Sequence record: KX130862
From: Shigella phage SHFML-26
Length of the DNA stretch: 64,000 nt
Direction: 5' to 3' (one strand)
The position numbers and the translations under genes were made by a program. The notes below the pieces were generated by a model. It was not told where the DNA came from, made no database searches, and saw nothing but the letters and a program-made list of their open reading frames with translations. Shown here in pieces: positions 49,821 through 59,753 of this stretch. Positions within the stretch are counted from its first letter, which is position 1; each line of letters starts with the position of its first letter.

Positions 49821-50842
49821 TAGTTCAGTGCATTTAGTGCATTGTTCAGTTTAGAACGTTGCTTCGTAAGATTTTTGACTTTTTCTTGAGCTTTTTCCAG
49901 CATCTTTTCAGCTTCTAACACTTCATTAGTTGCTTTAACAAGTTCATCATCTACTGCCTTGATAGACTTCTCAATCGCATCCGCGTGCCATTTTTCAACA
50001 GGTTTAAGACTCGGATTTTCAACAGGAAGAAAATTCACTTTATTAAATTTCCATGCGTCTTTATTACCTGAGCTATACATCCAAAATTTAGGATCGTTTG
50101 ATGAGCAATTAGATAAATTTAAGTTATCTTGCACTTCCTGCTTTTTCTCTTGCGGGACTTCGTCCTTTCTCAAAAAATCGTATTTAAATGAAACGATCAT
50201 ATCAAGTTCATATGTTGTTGTATGTTCCCAATTTCGCTCAAAACGAGGTAAAATCTTAGATTGAACAGCAGCAACAACATCCATATACTTAAATGCTTCT
50301 GTCAGCTGTGATTTAAGACATTCACAAATTGAAAGAGAATTTTTAGTATTAGGCTTAAAGCTAATTCGTGCAGTTCTATTATTTTCTTTTAATGGTCTTA
50401 CTTCCATCTGAAGAGTATAACCATCAAATTTCAGATTCTTTAAGTTAATATCAGAGCCTTTTAATCGACTAGCAGTAGACAAAATTTGCTTTAATTGTCT
50501 ACGGAACAGAGCAATAAATCTCCATTCAATACGATAATGATTTGGATTGAAAAATCCAGATGATAAATCGACCTTACTTTGACCAACGCCTTGAACAATC
50601 AAAGGATTTTTATAATCAATAGTTTTACAGAAATCGGTGAGCTGTTCACGAGCAGTCATTTGCGTAATATACCCTGCTTTACTAAAATTACGCACCCATT
50701 CGCTGCTATTCAGATATTTAAAGTGATGAATAGCACGATTAACTTTATCAGGGTCTAAATTATTTTCACACAAAAATGTCATAACATCACGAGTATAGCT
50801 GGCATTACGAACCATATCTTCAATTTGAGAACGAGTTTTCAT
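49820..50842 (-). CDS. hypothetical protein with C-terminal coiled coil (array member 3 of 4)
   Basis: ORF track. Confidence 0.55.
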   Translation of the reverse strand: MKTRSQIEDMVRNASYTRDVMTFLCENNLDPDKVNRAIHHFKYLNSSEWVRNFSKAGYITQMTAREQLTDFCKTIDYKNPLIVQGVGQSKVDLSSGFFNPNHYRIEWRFIALFRRQLKQILSTASRLKGSDINLKNLKFDGYTLQMEVRPLKENNRTARISFKPNTKNSLSICECLKSQLTEAFKYMDVVAAVQSKILPRFERNWEHTTTYELDMIVSFKYDFLRKDEVPQEKKQEVQDNLNLSNCSSNDPKFWMYSSGNKDAWKFNKVNFLPVENPSLKPVEKWHADAIEKSIKAVDDELVKATNEVLEAEKMLEKAQEKVKNLTKQRSKLNNALNALN

Positions 50843-50850
50843 AGTGTTCC

Positions 50851-51756
50851 TTAAGATTTAAGTAAATCGACAATTTTAATTAACTTTTCACGCTCAGATT
50901 TAGCTTTACTACTCAGTCCAGATAGTCTGAAAATTTCATCATCATATTGTTGAATAGAAATATTTAGCTCTTCAATCTGCTTATTAAAATAAGCAATTTG
51001 TTCAGAATGTTTTTCATTACTACGAACTGGTACAGGTTTTGTAGGCAATTTAGTTGAACTGGATTCATCTGGGCGATAAATTAAAATACAACTTGAACCA
51101 ATCGGACATTTAGCACCAGACACATATTCTAATGTTCCGGCTTCTTTTAAAACTTCAAAAGCTAAACAGAGATGATGCCCCATATTAACATAATCAGTAG
51201 AGCGAGCTCTGATGTAATAATCATCTCCGCGAATACTAAATTTAAAGCATTTAAGGTCTTCTGTATTATTGGTCTTAAAAATCATTTGTTTATCTAGACC
51301 TTTAGCTAATCGAGCGCCTAATGCTAATAATCGTCGTTGATTTTCCCACAAATCCGCAATCATTTGATCGAATGACAATTTCGGCATTAGTCTACCATAA
51401 AGGTCATATCCTTTATTATAATTGCGAAGAATTTCACTCGCGTTAATACGAGACAACGCTCCAATTTTATTAAGGGCTTTCATGATGCGATTAGATAAAC
51501 TCATTCCAGACCCGTTTGTTCGCTGTAAATGTTTTTCTAATCCAAATCCAATATCAACTTTAAATTTATCTAAAATTTTGGCATGAACATCTCTGTCAAT
51601 AACATTCAAATCCAAAGTTGGGTTAAATCTATGAAAAAATTTATCTGGCTCTCCACGACGAAGTACAGTCCATTCATTCATCATTTTTTTATTAACTAAA
51701 GATTTAATTACTGCATTGACATTATTAATTACTACTGACATATTTTCCTCACTCAA
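50851..51756 (-). CDS. hypothetical protein with C-terminal coiled coil (array member 4 of 4)
   Basis: ORF track. Confidence 0.55.
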   Translation of the reverse strand: MSEENMSVVINNVNAVIKSLVNKKMMNEWTVLRRGEPDKFFHRFNPTLDLNVIDRDVHAKILDKFKVDIGFGLEKHLQRTNGSGMSLSNRIMKALNKIGALSRINASEILRNYNKGYDLYGRLMPKLSFDQMIADLWENQRRLLALGARLAKGLDKQMIFKTNNTEDLKCFKFSIRGDDYYIRARSTDYVNMGHHLCLAFEVLKEAGTLEYVSGAKCPIGSSCILIYRPDESSSTKLPTKPVPVRSNEKHSEQIAYFNKQIEELNISIQQYDDEIFRLSGLSSKAKSEREKLIKIVDLLKS

Positions 51757-52157
51757 TTTTCAATTTTACTAAATACACAGAATATGATGGAAAAGACTAT
51801 ATAAGCACCGCACACAGATTGAACTAATACCATTCCAAAGAACCAAATAATATTATCAAACAGTGTCTGTTTTACGTCGAAAGGACGTAAACTTACAGTA
51901 ATATTATCACCTTTTTCTATTGAAGAATACATCTCTGGGGAAATATATTCACTAAATCTATAACCGTCTTTGAGTTCATATACAGCAATAAACGATAAAC
52001 TAGACCCCTTTCCTTGAGTTCCTGTAAGGGTATTAACTACAGTAACATCATAATCTTTATAATGCATATAATCATTAATTGCGTAATAACCATATGCAAC
52101 TACTACACATAAACAACATATCAATAAATTCAATCTTTTAATTATCAACTGTTTCAT
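51753..52157 (-). CDS. membrane protein (two TM segments)
   Basis: ORF track; ATGA overlap with downstream gene. Confidence 0.5.
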   Translation of the reverse strand: MKQLIIKRLNLLICCLCVVVAYGYYAINDYMHYKDYDVTVVNTLTGTQGKGSSLSFIAVYELKDGYRFSEYISPEMYSSIEKGDNITVSLRPFDVKQTLFDNIIWFFGMVLVQSVCGAYIVFSIIFCVFSKIEN

Positions 52158-52212
52158 AATAATCTCAATTAAAAGGGCTTAGAACCATTATACCATCCTT
52201 GGTATAAAGCGG

Positions 52213-52740
52213 TTATGCGAGTACCGTCTTTAACCGTTCTTCAAACTTCCGAAGAGTATTCTGGCGTTCAGCTCTTTGCTTTTTGTAAGTTTCAATACGC
52301 TCTGAAATGAGAGTGTATCGTTCATTTACTGATTCTTTCATAAAATCAGGAATTTCACGAGAAGCTTTAATCTCATCAAATTTATCAATAACAGCTTGCT
52401 CTTCAGCAATTAAGTTATCATACATCAAAATATCTTTCTTGATGAACTCAATATCTTCTTGAGTTACACGAGATAATTTAGATGCTTTATCCTTTTTGTA
52501 TTGTTCGTTAGTATCACGAGACCAGTGTAATGTACGATTTTTATTCGTATTCTTGTAAATTTCTACAATACCAATCTCATCAATAATAACGATCCAATTC
52601 CAACGGGATTTGTAAATTTGTCCTCCATCAACTGTAATTTCACCTCCGATTGAGATGTCATTAAAGAACTTGCTTTGTGCTTCAGATTTAAATTTACCAT
52701 CGTTGTAATTTACCAGGTTGAAAATATCTTTAGCGTTCAT
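52213..52740 (-). CDS. hypothetical protein
   Basis: Start moved to MNAKDIF behind GGAGG and early promoter. Confidence 0.5.
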   Translation of the reverse strand: MNAKDIFNLVNYNDGKFKSEAQSKFFNDISIGGEITVDGGQIYKSRWNWIVIIDEIGIVEIYKNTNKNRTLHWSRDTNEQYKKDKASKLSRVTQEDIEFIKKDILMYDNLIAEEQAVIDKFDEIKASREIPDFMKESVNERYTLISERIETYKKQRAERQNTLRKFEERLKTVLA

Positions 52741-52800
52741 TTTGTGTTCCTCCGTAGTTGATAGTTGTATAGTACCACAGAGGAACGGTCTTGTAAACAA

Positions 52801-53115
52801 CTAAAAGAAACTTCTTTCACAATTTTTTCCACTGAACCAAGCGCTCACTGCTTTCTTAGTCTCAGGAGCGGTGTTATCCATAAACCATTCAAAGGCAGCC
52901 TTTTTATGATTCTGGAGGGCTTCTCGGGCTTTAATCTGCTCACGGTCTATTAACACTAACATATGAGCCTTTCTTGTCACCATGGGCTTCTTATGATTTT
53001 TTGAATACTCCCAATCATTTGTCCATCGCATTGTCGTTGCGAACTGAAATACTGCTTCTTTAATTTTAGTTTCGTAAATTTCACGAGCCTTTGAGTATAA
53101 CATCATTACCTCCAT
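52801..53115 (-). CDS. hypothetical protein
   Basis: ORF track. Confidence 0.45.
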   Translation of the reverse strand: MEVMMLYSKAREIYETKIKEAVFQFATTMRWTNDWEYSKNHKKPMVTRKAHMLVLIDREQIKAREALQNHKKAAFEWFMDNTAPETKKAVSAWFSGKNCERSFF

Positions 53116-53205
53116 TTACCAGTTTAATTCTAGTCATCTTTTTAATGGCAGTCCATATAATCTATTTCTGAACTGCCTTTTTGTCTTAGAAGTCCTCTTA
53201 TGAAT

Positions 53206-54174
53206 TTATTTCAGAAGAGTAACCTCAGCGATTTCTTCCCAACCGTTTTTGTCGGTCATAATAAAGTCAGCAAGATAAAGAGCAGTACGCAGTGAAACAT
53301 TACGTAAACGGTTAACATTGACTTTCATCCATGATAATGCTTTATAAGTTTCTTCATCAGAAAGACCGCGCTTTTGCATCATGTCGGTTGAAAGAATAAC
53401 ATCTTCAACCCTGACCATAATTTCTTCATTAGTGTGAACACCCAAATCTAAATAAACTGAGCGGGACACTAATGCTTGTAAATGTGGAGCAAGTTTAGTA
53501 CCACGGTCTAATTCGCGGTCAATATCAACGTTTGTGATAAAAACAATTGTTCCTTTAAATTCAAACTCACGGTCAATGCCTTTTTCTTCTAAGTAAGAAG
53601 ATGCAGTGCTCCAGCAGACTTTACGGGTCTCTCCAGTGTCCAGAGCAGCTTTCAGAAGATTAAGAATGTCCATATCAGAGAAAACATCCACATCATCAAT
53701 CAAAAGGACAGAATTCTCTTCACGATTATTCCAAAGCTGCTCATAAAGACCAATACCAGAGATTTTACCATTAATGCTTTTATATTCAATGTATCCAATA
53801 TCATTTGCTTTATTCAAAGCTTTATCTAAAGAATACGTTTTACCAATACCCGCCGCACCAGAGATAATTAATGAACGAATGTTTCCGTTAATAATACCAT
53901 TCGTCATCATTCCCATAACATTAAATCTTTTATTAATGCGGGTTTTCATATCTTCATACGATTCTTTAACTTCTTCAACTTTTACACCATCATATGAAAT
54001 GTCTGATTTGTAAACCCAAACACCGCGACGCTTACCGTCAATTTCAACAAAAACTTTACCATCTCCTTGTGCATCTACCGGAGCATTATCTGGGAACCAT
54101 TCGCCTAAGAGCTCAAAAGTTCCAGAGATTTCTTTACCGAAGTAGATACCCTTATTGATAGTTACAGTTTTCAT
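53206..54174 (-). CDS. P-loop NTPase (Walker A GAAGIGKT, Walker B VLLIDDVD)
   Basis: Motifs read in translation; start moved to MKTVTINKG behind GGAG. Confidence 0.6.
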   Translation of the reverse strand: MKTVTINKGIYFGKEISGTFELLGEWFPDNAPVDAQGDGKVFVEIDGKRRGVWVYKSDISYDGVKVEEVKESYEDMKTRINKRFNVMGMMTNGIINGNIRSLIISGAAGIGKTYSLDKALNKANDIGYIEYKSINGKISGIGLYEQLWNNREENSVLLIDDVDVFSDMDILNLLKAALDTGETRKVCWSTASSYLEEKGIDREFEFKGTIVFITNVDIDRELDRGTKLAPHLQALVSRSVYLDLGVHTNEEIMVRVEDVILSTDMMQKRGLSDEETYKALSWMKVNVNRLRNVSLRTALYLADFIMTDKNGWEEIAEVTLLK

Positions 54175-54180
54175 TTTATT

Positions 54181-54217
54181 CTCCAAATCCGTATTAGTTG
54201 ATAGTTGTATAGTACCA
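54181..54217 (-). repeat. conserved promoter-leader cassette (copy 3, one mismatch)
   Basis: 37-mer with single substitution. Confidence 0.6.
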
Positions 54218-54238
54218 TAAAGCTTTATGCTTGTAAAC
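54209..54238 (-). promoter_or_regulatory. T4-type early promoter upstream of P-loop NTPase gene
   Basis: GTTTACA ... TACTAT. Confidence 0.5.
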
Positions 54239-54254
54239 CGTTTTGTGAAAAATT

Positions 54255-54287
54255 TTTGAAATAAAAAAGGGAGCCCGAAGGCTCCCT
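54255..54287 (-). terminator. intrinsic terminator after nucleotidyltransferase gene
   Basis: GGGAGCCUUCGGGCUCCC then UUUUUUAUUU. Confidence 0.65.
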
Positions 54288-54288
54288 A

Positions 54289-55302
54289 TCATTTATAATA
54301 ACTTCGGTGGTTTTCAAGATAGACCTTCTCAAGGAAGTCATCCCAGAAACCCATGTCTACTTTTTGCTGCATACCGTTCTTAGAAGCTTCAGTAGATGCT
54401 GCTTCTACTTGATCGACCACATCTTCCAAAAACTCTTGAACCGTTTTAAATGGATGTTTACCCAACTTCACGTCGAGAATAAATGGAGCGTCTTGAAGTG
54501 GATAAATCAAGTCGCCAGTTTTGTAAATTTCCAATAGTTGGAGTCCACCACGACAAGCATGGCTCAGAGCTTTCCAGTCAATACCTTCATTGGCTTCAGC
54601 CTTACGAGCGCGTTCACCATATTCAGCATCTAATTTGTTCAGTGACTGCTTAAGCTCAATAAGAGAAAGAGTTGTCTGATATTTACGACCCAACACTGTG
54701 TAAAACGTCTGTGGGCCTGTTTTCTCATGATTATGGAACACCCATTCACAGAATTCGTTTTCTGGAAGACGATGCTTAATATCTTCAACTTTAGTGCGAC
54801 GCTGCTTAATAGAACCATCTTCTTGATAATCAATCCATTGCTCAGGGATTTGATTAACTACTTTCAATACATCACGTAATGCAGCCAAACGAGAACCCTT
54901 GACACCGTATTTAGAAGCTTGCTTACGGACATATCCTAAATAGGATTTCATGTTAGTCGTATAAAAACGAGAACGGTTGTCTTGAATAAACTTCCATACA
55001 TCAGGCAAATCGGATTTAACCACTAGTTCAGGTGGAGTGTGAAGCATATCCAACGCTACAGTTTCACCATCTGCTGCTAATTTAAAGAAATACTTAAGAC
55101 TGTATAGTTCATGGTCAATATCATCTTTAGTGTTTTTAGATGATGTGTTGTTAGTGTTTTTACTCATATGCTCTTTAACATTTCCGATAAGAATATCGCG
55201 AGCAGGAGGAACAAAGATTTCTTTAAAATCTACATCAGATTCTGGGGTAGAAGTTCCATAAAGATGACTACCAAAATAGCTTTTCATTACTGTTTTCATC
55301 AT
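54289..55302 (-). CDS. Pol-beta-superfamily nucleotidyltransferase-like protein
   Basis: N-terminal GS...D.D signature (GSHLYGTSTPESDVDF). Confidence 0.55.
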   Translation of the reverse strand: MMKTVMKSYFGSHLYGTSTPESDVDFKEIFVPPARDILIGNVKEHMSKNTNNTSSKNTKDDIDHELYSLKYFFKLAADGETVALDMLHTPPELVVKSDLPDVWKFIQDNRSRFYTTNMKSYLGYVRKQASKYGVKGSRLAALRDVLKVVNQIPEQWIDYQEDGSIKQRRTKVEDIKHRLPENEFCEWVFHNHEKTGPQTFYTVLGRKYQTTLSLIELKQSLNKLDAEYGERARKAEANEGIDWKALSHACRGGLQLLEIYKTGDLIYPLQDAPFILDVKLGKHPFKTVQEFLEDVVDQVEAASTEASKNGMQQKVDMGFWDDFLEKVYLENHRSYYK

Positions 55303-55760
55303 TCAGCCTTATATTCAATAACAGGACATACTTTAGCTTTACGAGCTTTTAAAAATTCAACGATAATCGATTTCTTGGGTTGAATAGGAGGTAAACCTTT
55401 ATACGCCCTATCAATATTTTCTACGTGTAAAGCATAATCCTTTTTCCATTTATAATCTTTATATTTTTCACGCAAATGTGCAGGAATAACAAATGAACCG
55501 ATAATAAGTAAAACAACCAAAAGCGCAAGTATAAATGCCGATGGAAGAAGAGTCCATAAACTACCGAAAATAAGCCAACGTTGTAGGCTTTCTGCACAAA
55601 TAATTGTTAGCCCTACGAGTATAGCACATCCAAAAATAGAAACGAAAAATGTAGGAATGGCAATAGACCAAAAATATGCGCATAGTGTCTTAGGTCGTTG
55701 CCATTCATCGTTAAATAGTTTAAATAATTTATAGTGCCAAGAGTTTTCATTAATAATCAT
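55299..55760 (-). CDS. membrane protein (multiple TM segments)
   Basis: ORF track; ATGA overlap with nucleotidyltransferase gene. Confidence 0.5.
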   Translation of the reverse strand: MIINENSWHYKLFKLFNDEWQRPKTLCAYFWSIAIPTFFVSIFGCAILVGLTIICAESLQRWLIFGSLWTLLPSAFILALLVVLLIIGSFVIPAHLREKYKDYKWKKDYALHVENIDRAYKGLPPIQPKKSIIVEFLKARKAKVCPVIEYKAE

Positions 55761-55762
55761 AA

Positions 55763-56284
55763 TTATCCTTTCATTGAAGGCGTAACAGTTGTTAAATACT
55801 TAATCATAGCCTCAGCTTCTGATTTTGATAATGAAATTTCTCCATTGTTTTGACGAATAGAAATAAAATCCGGATGACGGTCACCACCAGCTTTTAAAAC
55901 ACACATATAAGTATCAGTTTCATCTTCAATATTTGAAATGATTGAAGCAGTTCCACATGAATGCGGTTTTTGATAAATCAATACAGCTTTTCTTCCGCCA
56001 TTTGACTGTTCATAAACTTTTAATACATCAAACAAATCACTTCTTTTATCAATAGCTAAAATGTTATTTTCATCTTCAATGTTAAATCCTTCGGATACTT
56101 CATAAAGTGTCACCCATAAATCGCCAATATCAATAACAGCGTTCACTTTTCCATGACTTTCAAGAGCATGACAAATTTTCTTGATTTCGTCATAACTCAT
56201 TTTAATAATATCATCTCCTTGAATAAGAAAGATGTCATTTTTAAATTCAACACGAATTAAACCACTTCCACTTGAAATAAACAT
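55763..56284 (-). CDS. hypothetical protein, paralog of 56291..56848
   Basis: Similar architecture and C-terminal motif (KYLTTVTPSM vs KTYLDSVIPTM). Confidence 0.5.
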   Translation of the reverse strand: MFISSGSGLIRVEFKNDIFLIQGDDIIKMSYDEIKKICHALESHGKVNAVIDIGDLWVTLYEVSEGFNIEDENNILAIDKRSDLFDVLKVYEQSNGGRKAVLIYQKPHSCGTASIISNIEDETDTYMCVLKAGGDRHPDFISIRQNNGEISLSKSEAEAMIKYLTTVTPSMKG

Positions 56285-56290
56285 ATTTCC

Positions 56291-56848
56291 TCACTTTGAA
56301 ATCATAGTTGGAATGACAGAATCAAGATAAGTCTTTAGTGCAATAGCTTCGTCTTTGGTAAATGTGACAATATGTGATCGAAAATCGTCGATTTGGCGAA
56401 TAGTTAAGACATCTCCCTCTTCATAACATTTTGATACATTTAAAAGAGTTTCATCATTCTGATTGCAAGCGTTAGTAATAATAGCATTGCAATTTTTGAG
56501 CCATTTTAAACTATGTTTTCTTTCATTAGAATAATAAAAATATTTAATCTTAGCTATAAAACTATCCCAATGGATAACTGATAAACACATTGACTCACTT
56601 TTAATATTAAATCCTGGGCATGAAGAATAAAAATGAATTTTGTGCTCATCATTGATACTTACTATTTTATCAGTATAAGGATATTCAATTTGGGTTAAAT
56701 GAATGATTTCACTAGGCGTAAAATATAGCATATCGTCTTCTTGCGTCAAACGATACATGTTATTTACTTTTTCTATAGCCAATTCACCAAAAAGCGGACT
56801 AACTTCTAATACTAATCGTTTCATATTGATTCTCTTCGACTCACTCAC
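56291..56848 (-). CDS. hypothetical protein, paralog of 55763..56284
   Basis: ORF track; early promoter upstream. Confidence 0.5.
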   Translation of the reverse strand: MSESKRINMKRLVLEVSPLFGELAIEKVNNMYRLTQEDDMLYFTPSEIIHLTQIEYPYTDKIVSINDEHKIHFYSSCPGFNIKSESMCLSVIHWDSFIAKIKYFYYSNERKHSLKWLKNCNAIITNACNQNDETLLNVSKCYEEGDVLTIRQIDDFRSHIVTFTKDEAIALKTYLDSVIPTMISK

Positions 56849-57015
56849 AATTACATACTCCTTTGAATAATATCAATAATGTTGTTCATCAGATTATAAG
56901 TAAACATTGGGTAATTATATTGAATCATTACATACACAACAAACAAAACTTTCATTCTCTTCTCCTTGACAGTTGACAAGATTACTATACCATAACCTTG
57001 CCAACTTGTAAACCG

Positions 57016-57189
57016 TTAAATGTTGTTTTCAATAAAATTCTGAAGCTTTGTGTGAGCATCAACCATGATTTTCATTTCTTCCTTTGCGAAAGCTGTACCT
57101 CTTTCCCGAGCAGAATACTCATAGTCAGAAACTGCATTAGCATATTCTTCAATTAGCTTCATTAAAAACATCTGCTTTTCAGTTTTCAT
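57016..57189 (-). CDS. small protein (57 aa) starting MKTEKQ
   Basis: Own translation; shares N-terminus with 57376..57579. Confidence 0.35.
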   Translation of the reverse strand: MKTEKQMFLMKLIEEYANAVSDYEYSARERGTAFAKEEMKIMVDAHTKLQNFIENNI

Positions 57190-57373
57190 TATTCCACCTA
57201 ATCATTTCAAGATATTGGACTAACTTAGCTTTAGATTTATCCAAATCCCTTTTAGCTGATTCTATACCATCGTATGAATATCCTTCACAATGCTCAACTG
57301 CTAATTGATATGAATCTATTTCAACATCACGTGCTAATTTAATGATTTTTTCAAACTGTTCGTGCGTTAGCAT
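57179..57373 (-). CDS. hypothetical small protein
   Basis: ORF track. Confidence 0.4.
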   Translation of the reverse strand: MLTHEQFEKIIKLARDVEIDSYQLAVEHCEGYSYDGIESAKRDLDKSKAKLVQYLEMIRWNNEN

Positions 57374-57375
57374 AC

Positions 57376-57579
57376 TTAAACTCTCGTATTATGATCGATA
57401 ATTTCATCAAGAAACATATCTAACGCTTCTAAAGCATTATCGACTTTAGTTTCAAAGTCTTTAATGCCTTTATTCGAAATACCCGATGAATACCAAGCAA
57501 AGTCAATCAGCTCTTCATCTGCTTTACGAATTGAAGCCACTAATTCCTTAATTTTATCCGCTTGCTTTTCAGTTTTCAT
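57376..57579 (-). CDS. small protein (67 aa) starting MKTEKQ
   Basis: ORF track 57376..57615 trimmed to MKTEKQ. Confidence 0.4.
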   Translation of the reverse strand: MKTEKQADKIKELVASIRKADEELIDFAWYSSGISNKGIKDFETKVDNALEALDMFLDEIIDHNTRV

Positions 57580-57767
57580 TATTCCACCACATATGACAGA
57601 GAGAATATTGCACACGCCATATGAGTTGCAGCTTCATCACACATATCATAACGTTTCTTAAGAAGTTCTACAAGTTCTTCACTAGTAACTTCATCCATGT
57701 CGACGAAAAAATCACCATTAATGATGACGTAGATATTTCCTTCTTGATTAAGTGCTTCAATTTTCAT
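57579..57767 (-). CDS. hypothetical small protein
   Basis: Start moved to ATG 57765-57767 behind GAGGAG and early promoter. Confidence 0.4.
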   Translation of the reverse strand: MKIEALNQEGNIYVIINGDFFVDMDEVTSEELVELLKKRYDMCDEAATHMACAIFSLSYVVE

Positions 57768-57830
57768 GATGTTCTCCTCTTTATCCGATAGTTGTATAGT
57801 ATCACAGTTCAAATGGAAAGTAAACCGGTA

Positions 57831-57857
57831 AAATGAAAAAAGTCTCCCGAAGGAGAC
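57831..57857 (-). terminator. intrinsic terminator
   Basis: GUCUCCUUCGGGAGAC then UUUUUUCAUUUU. Confidence 0.6.
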
Positions 57858-57862
57858 TAATG

Positions 57863-58249
57863 TTATTCGAGGGAAAGAAGATATTTACTCTGGTAAAACA
57901 TCCCAGTAATATCATCTATCGTGCTTTGAATGGCTGGAGGCATTTCTTTATAAATGCTGTTAGATTGGTCTAGTATGCGATCAATCATTTTAATTGTGTC
58001 GGTAGGAAGTTTACTGGCATCTGGAATAGAAGGCGTGTATTTTCTACCAGAATACCCCAAATATTGCTCACCAAATTTATCAATCAAATCTGGCAACTCA
58101 GAGAAAATAAAATCGTATGCTTTGTGTCTAGCATAACTTTTAGTTTCAAAATGCGCAGAATGAAAATAAGCTTGTGCAGCCATTAATAAACCTAAGTATT
58201 CATCTGCCTTTGAAGGTTTTCCACTTTGTGAAAAGTCGCTGAATTTCAT
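57863..58249 (-). CDS. hypothetical protein (rI.1 position)
   Basis: ORF track; ATGA overlap with rI. Confidence 0.5.
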   Translation of the reverse strand: MKFSDFSQSGKPSKADEYLGLLMAAQAYFHSAHFETKSYARHKAYDFIFSELPDLIDKFGEQYLGYSGRKYTPSIPDASKLPTDTIKMIDRILDQSNSIYKEMPPAIQSTIDDITGMFYQSKYLLSLE

Positions 58250-58539
58250 TCAGTCTCCAATTTAATGTTCATAATTCTAGCGTATGATTGTGCCATCTCC
58301 GCGCCTCGCTCTATACATTCAAAATCAGAAGAGCACGGGTCATTTTTATAAGTCGTTCGCATAAAACTATAGAACTGTTCAGATGATTCTACGCTTTTAT
58401 TTTCAAAAAGCATATAAACGTGTCTAATACCAGATTCCATAAATTTATCAAAATGAGGATCGACATTCGCTTCAATTGGTGGAGATAAAGCAAACGCTAA
58501 TCCTAGCATGGCAAATAGTGCCGTTGCTTTTAAGGCCAT
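58246..58539 (-). CDS. rI: lysis inhibition regulator RI (signal-anchored)
   Basis: 97 aa with N-terminal signal; recognised RI sequence. Confidence 0.7.
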   Translation of the reverse strand: MALKATALFAMLGLAFALSPPIEANVDPHFDKFMESGIRHVYMLFENKSVESSEQFYSFMRTTYKNDPCSSDFECIERGAEMAQSYARIMNIKLETE

Positions 58540-58551
58540 AAAGGCCTCCTA

Positions 58552-58764
58552 TCATTTTTGTCCTGTATTTACTTTATGCCGATGCACGGCCTTAACTTTA
58601 TCAAGGTATTTTTCAAAATTTCGCAATCTAGTATAGTCTGCCGGAGATTGGTTGAGTGATACTTCTCGACGCAAAGCTGAAATGATATTTCCAACTTCCC
58701 TACGAATTTCATCTAATTGAAGAACAGTAAGATTGCGAAGTTGCTTTTCAGTTAATTGTAGCAT
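58552..58764 (-). CDS. hypothetical protein
   Basis: ORF track; late promoter upstream. Confidence 0.45.
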
Positions 58765-58789
58765 ATATACCCCTTTAGTTAGATAAACC

Positions 58790-58797
58790 TATTTATA
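58790..58797 (-). promoter_or_regulatory. T4 late promoter TATAAATA upstream of 58552..58764 gene
   Basis: Exact TATAAATA on minus strand. Confidence 0.5.
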
Positions 58798-58806
58798 ACT
58801 TTTGCA

Positions 58807-59388
58807 CTAACCGAGCTTTTTAGTTAATTCGTTCCAATGTTTTCTACACAAAGAAACATAAATTTCATCACCAATACAGATTTGATTACCTTCTTTAACT
58901 GGTGTTCCATCTTCCATTAATCGAGCTGTCATAATAGCTTTTTTACCACAATGACAAACTGCCTTTAGTTCAATAAGTTTATCTGCAATCGCCAAAAGTT
59001 CTTTAGAACCTTCAAATAATTTTCCAGCGAAATCAGTCCTTAGCCCATAAGCCATAACAGGAACATTATATGTATCAACAATTCGACTTAATTGATGCAC
59101 CTGTTCGGTTTTTAAAAACTGAGCTTCATCTACAAATACACAATGAATATCTTTTTGTGCTTCAGCCCATTTATAGAACTCAAAAATATCCATATCATCC
59201 GTAATAATATTCGCTTCCTGCTTAATTCCAATGCGAGAAACGACTTCACAGACAGAATCACGAGTATCAATAGCAGGCTTAAGAACTAATACACCCATTC
59301 CGCGTTCTTTATAATTATGTGCAGCAGTCAAAAGAGAAGCAGATTTTCCAGCATTCATTGCTGCGTAAGTAAAAATTAAACTCGCCAT
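58807..59388 (-). CDS. tk: thymidine kinase
   Basis: 193 aa; P-loop AAMNAGKS; C-terminal zinc Cys pairs. Confidence 0.9.
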   Translation of the reverse strand: MASLIFTYAAMNAGKSASLLTAAHNYKERGMGVLVLKPAIDTRDSVCEVVSRIGIKQEANIITDDMDIFEFYKWAEAQKDIHCVFVDEAQFLKTEQVHQLSRIVDTYNVPVMAYGLRTDFAGKLFEGSKELLAIADKLIELKAVCHCGKKAIMTARLMEDGTPVKEGNQICIGDEIYVSLCRKHWNELTKKLG

Positions 59389-59397
59389 ATCACCTTC

Positions 59398-59583
59398 TTA
59401 AAGCGTATTCACATAAGCTATTAATTCGTTTTCTTTCTTATCAAACCGATCAGCAAATTCTTCTTGCTGATCGGGAGATAGCGGGCCGTATTCATCATAA
59501 AAGGTGTTTGCTTCTGTATGCTCATCTAGAAGTTCATGGATAAGCTCAAACAATTTATCTTTTTGTTCTTTACTCAGACTCAT
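59398..59583 (-). CDS. hypothetical acidic small protein
   Basis: ORF track. Confidence 0.4.
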   Translation of the reverse strand: MSLSKEQKDKLFELIHELLDEHTEANTFYDEYGPLSPDQQEEFADRFDKKENELIAYVNTL

Positions 59584-59753
59584 ATATTAATTTCCAGGAG
59601 TTTTAAAATAATTCGCTTTTGCTTAAATATTTCCATAGTTAAATGACCAGTATCTTTTTGACCGATTCCAATGGCAAAACCTTTATTGACAGCGAGTTCA
59701 ATTAAATTATCAAGCTCACGTAACACTTCATATTGTAACTCAAAACTATTCAT
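59580..59753 (-). CDS. small protein (57 aa)
   Basis: Own translation MNSFELQYEVLRELDNLIELAVNKGF...; ATGA overlaps at both ends. Confidence 0.35.
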   Translation of the reverse strand: MNSFELQYEVLRELDNLIELAVNKGFAIGIGQKDTGHLTMEIFKQKRIILKLLEINI

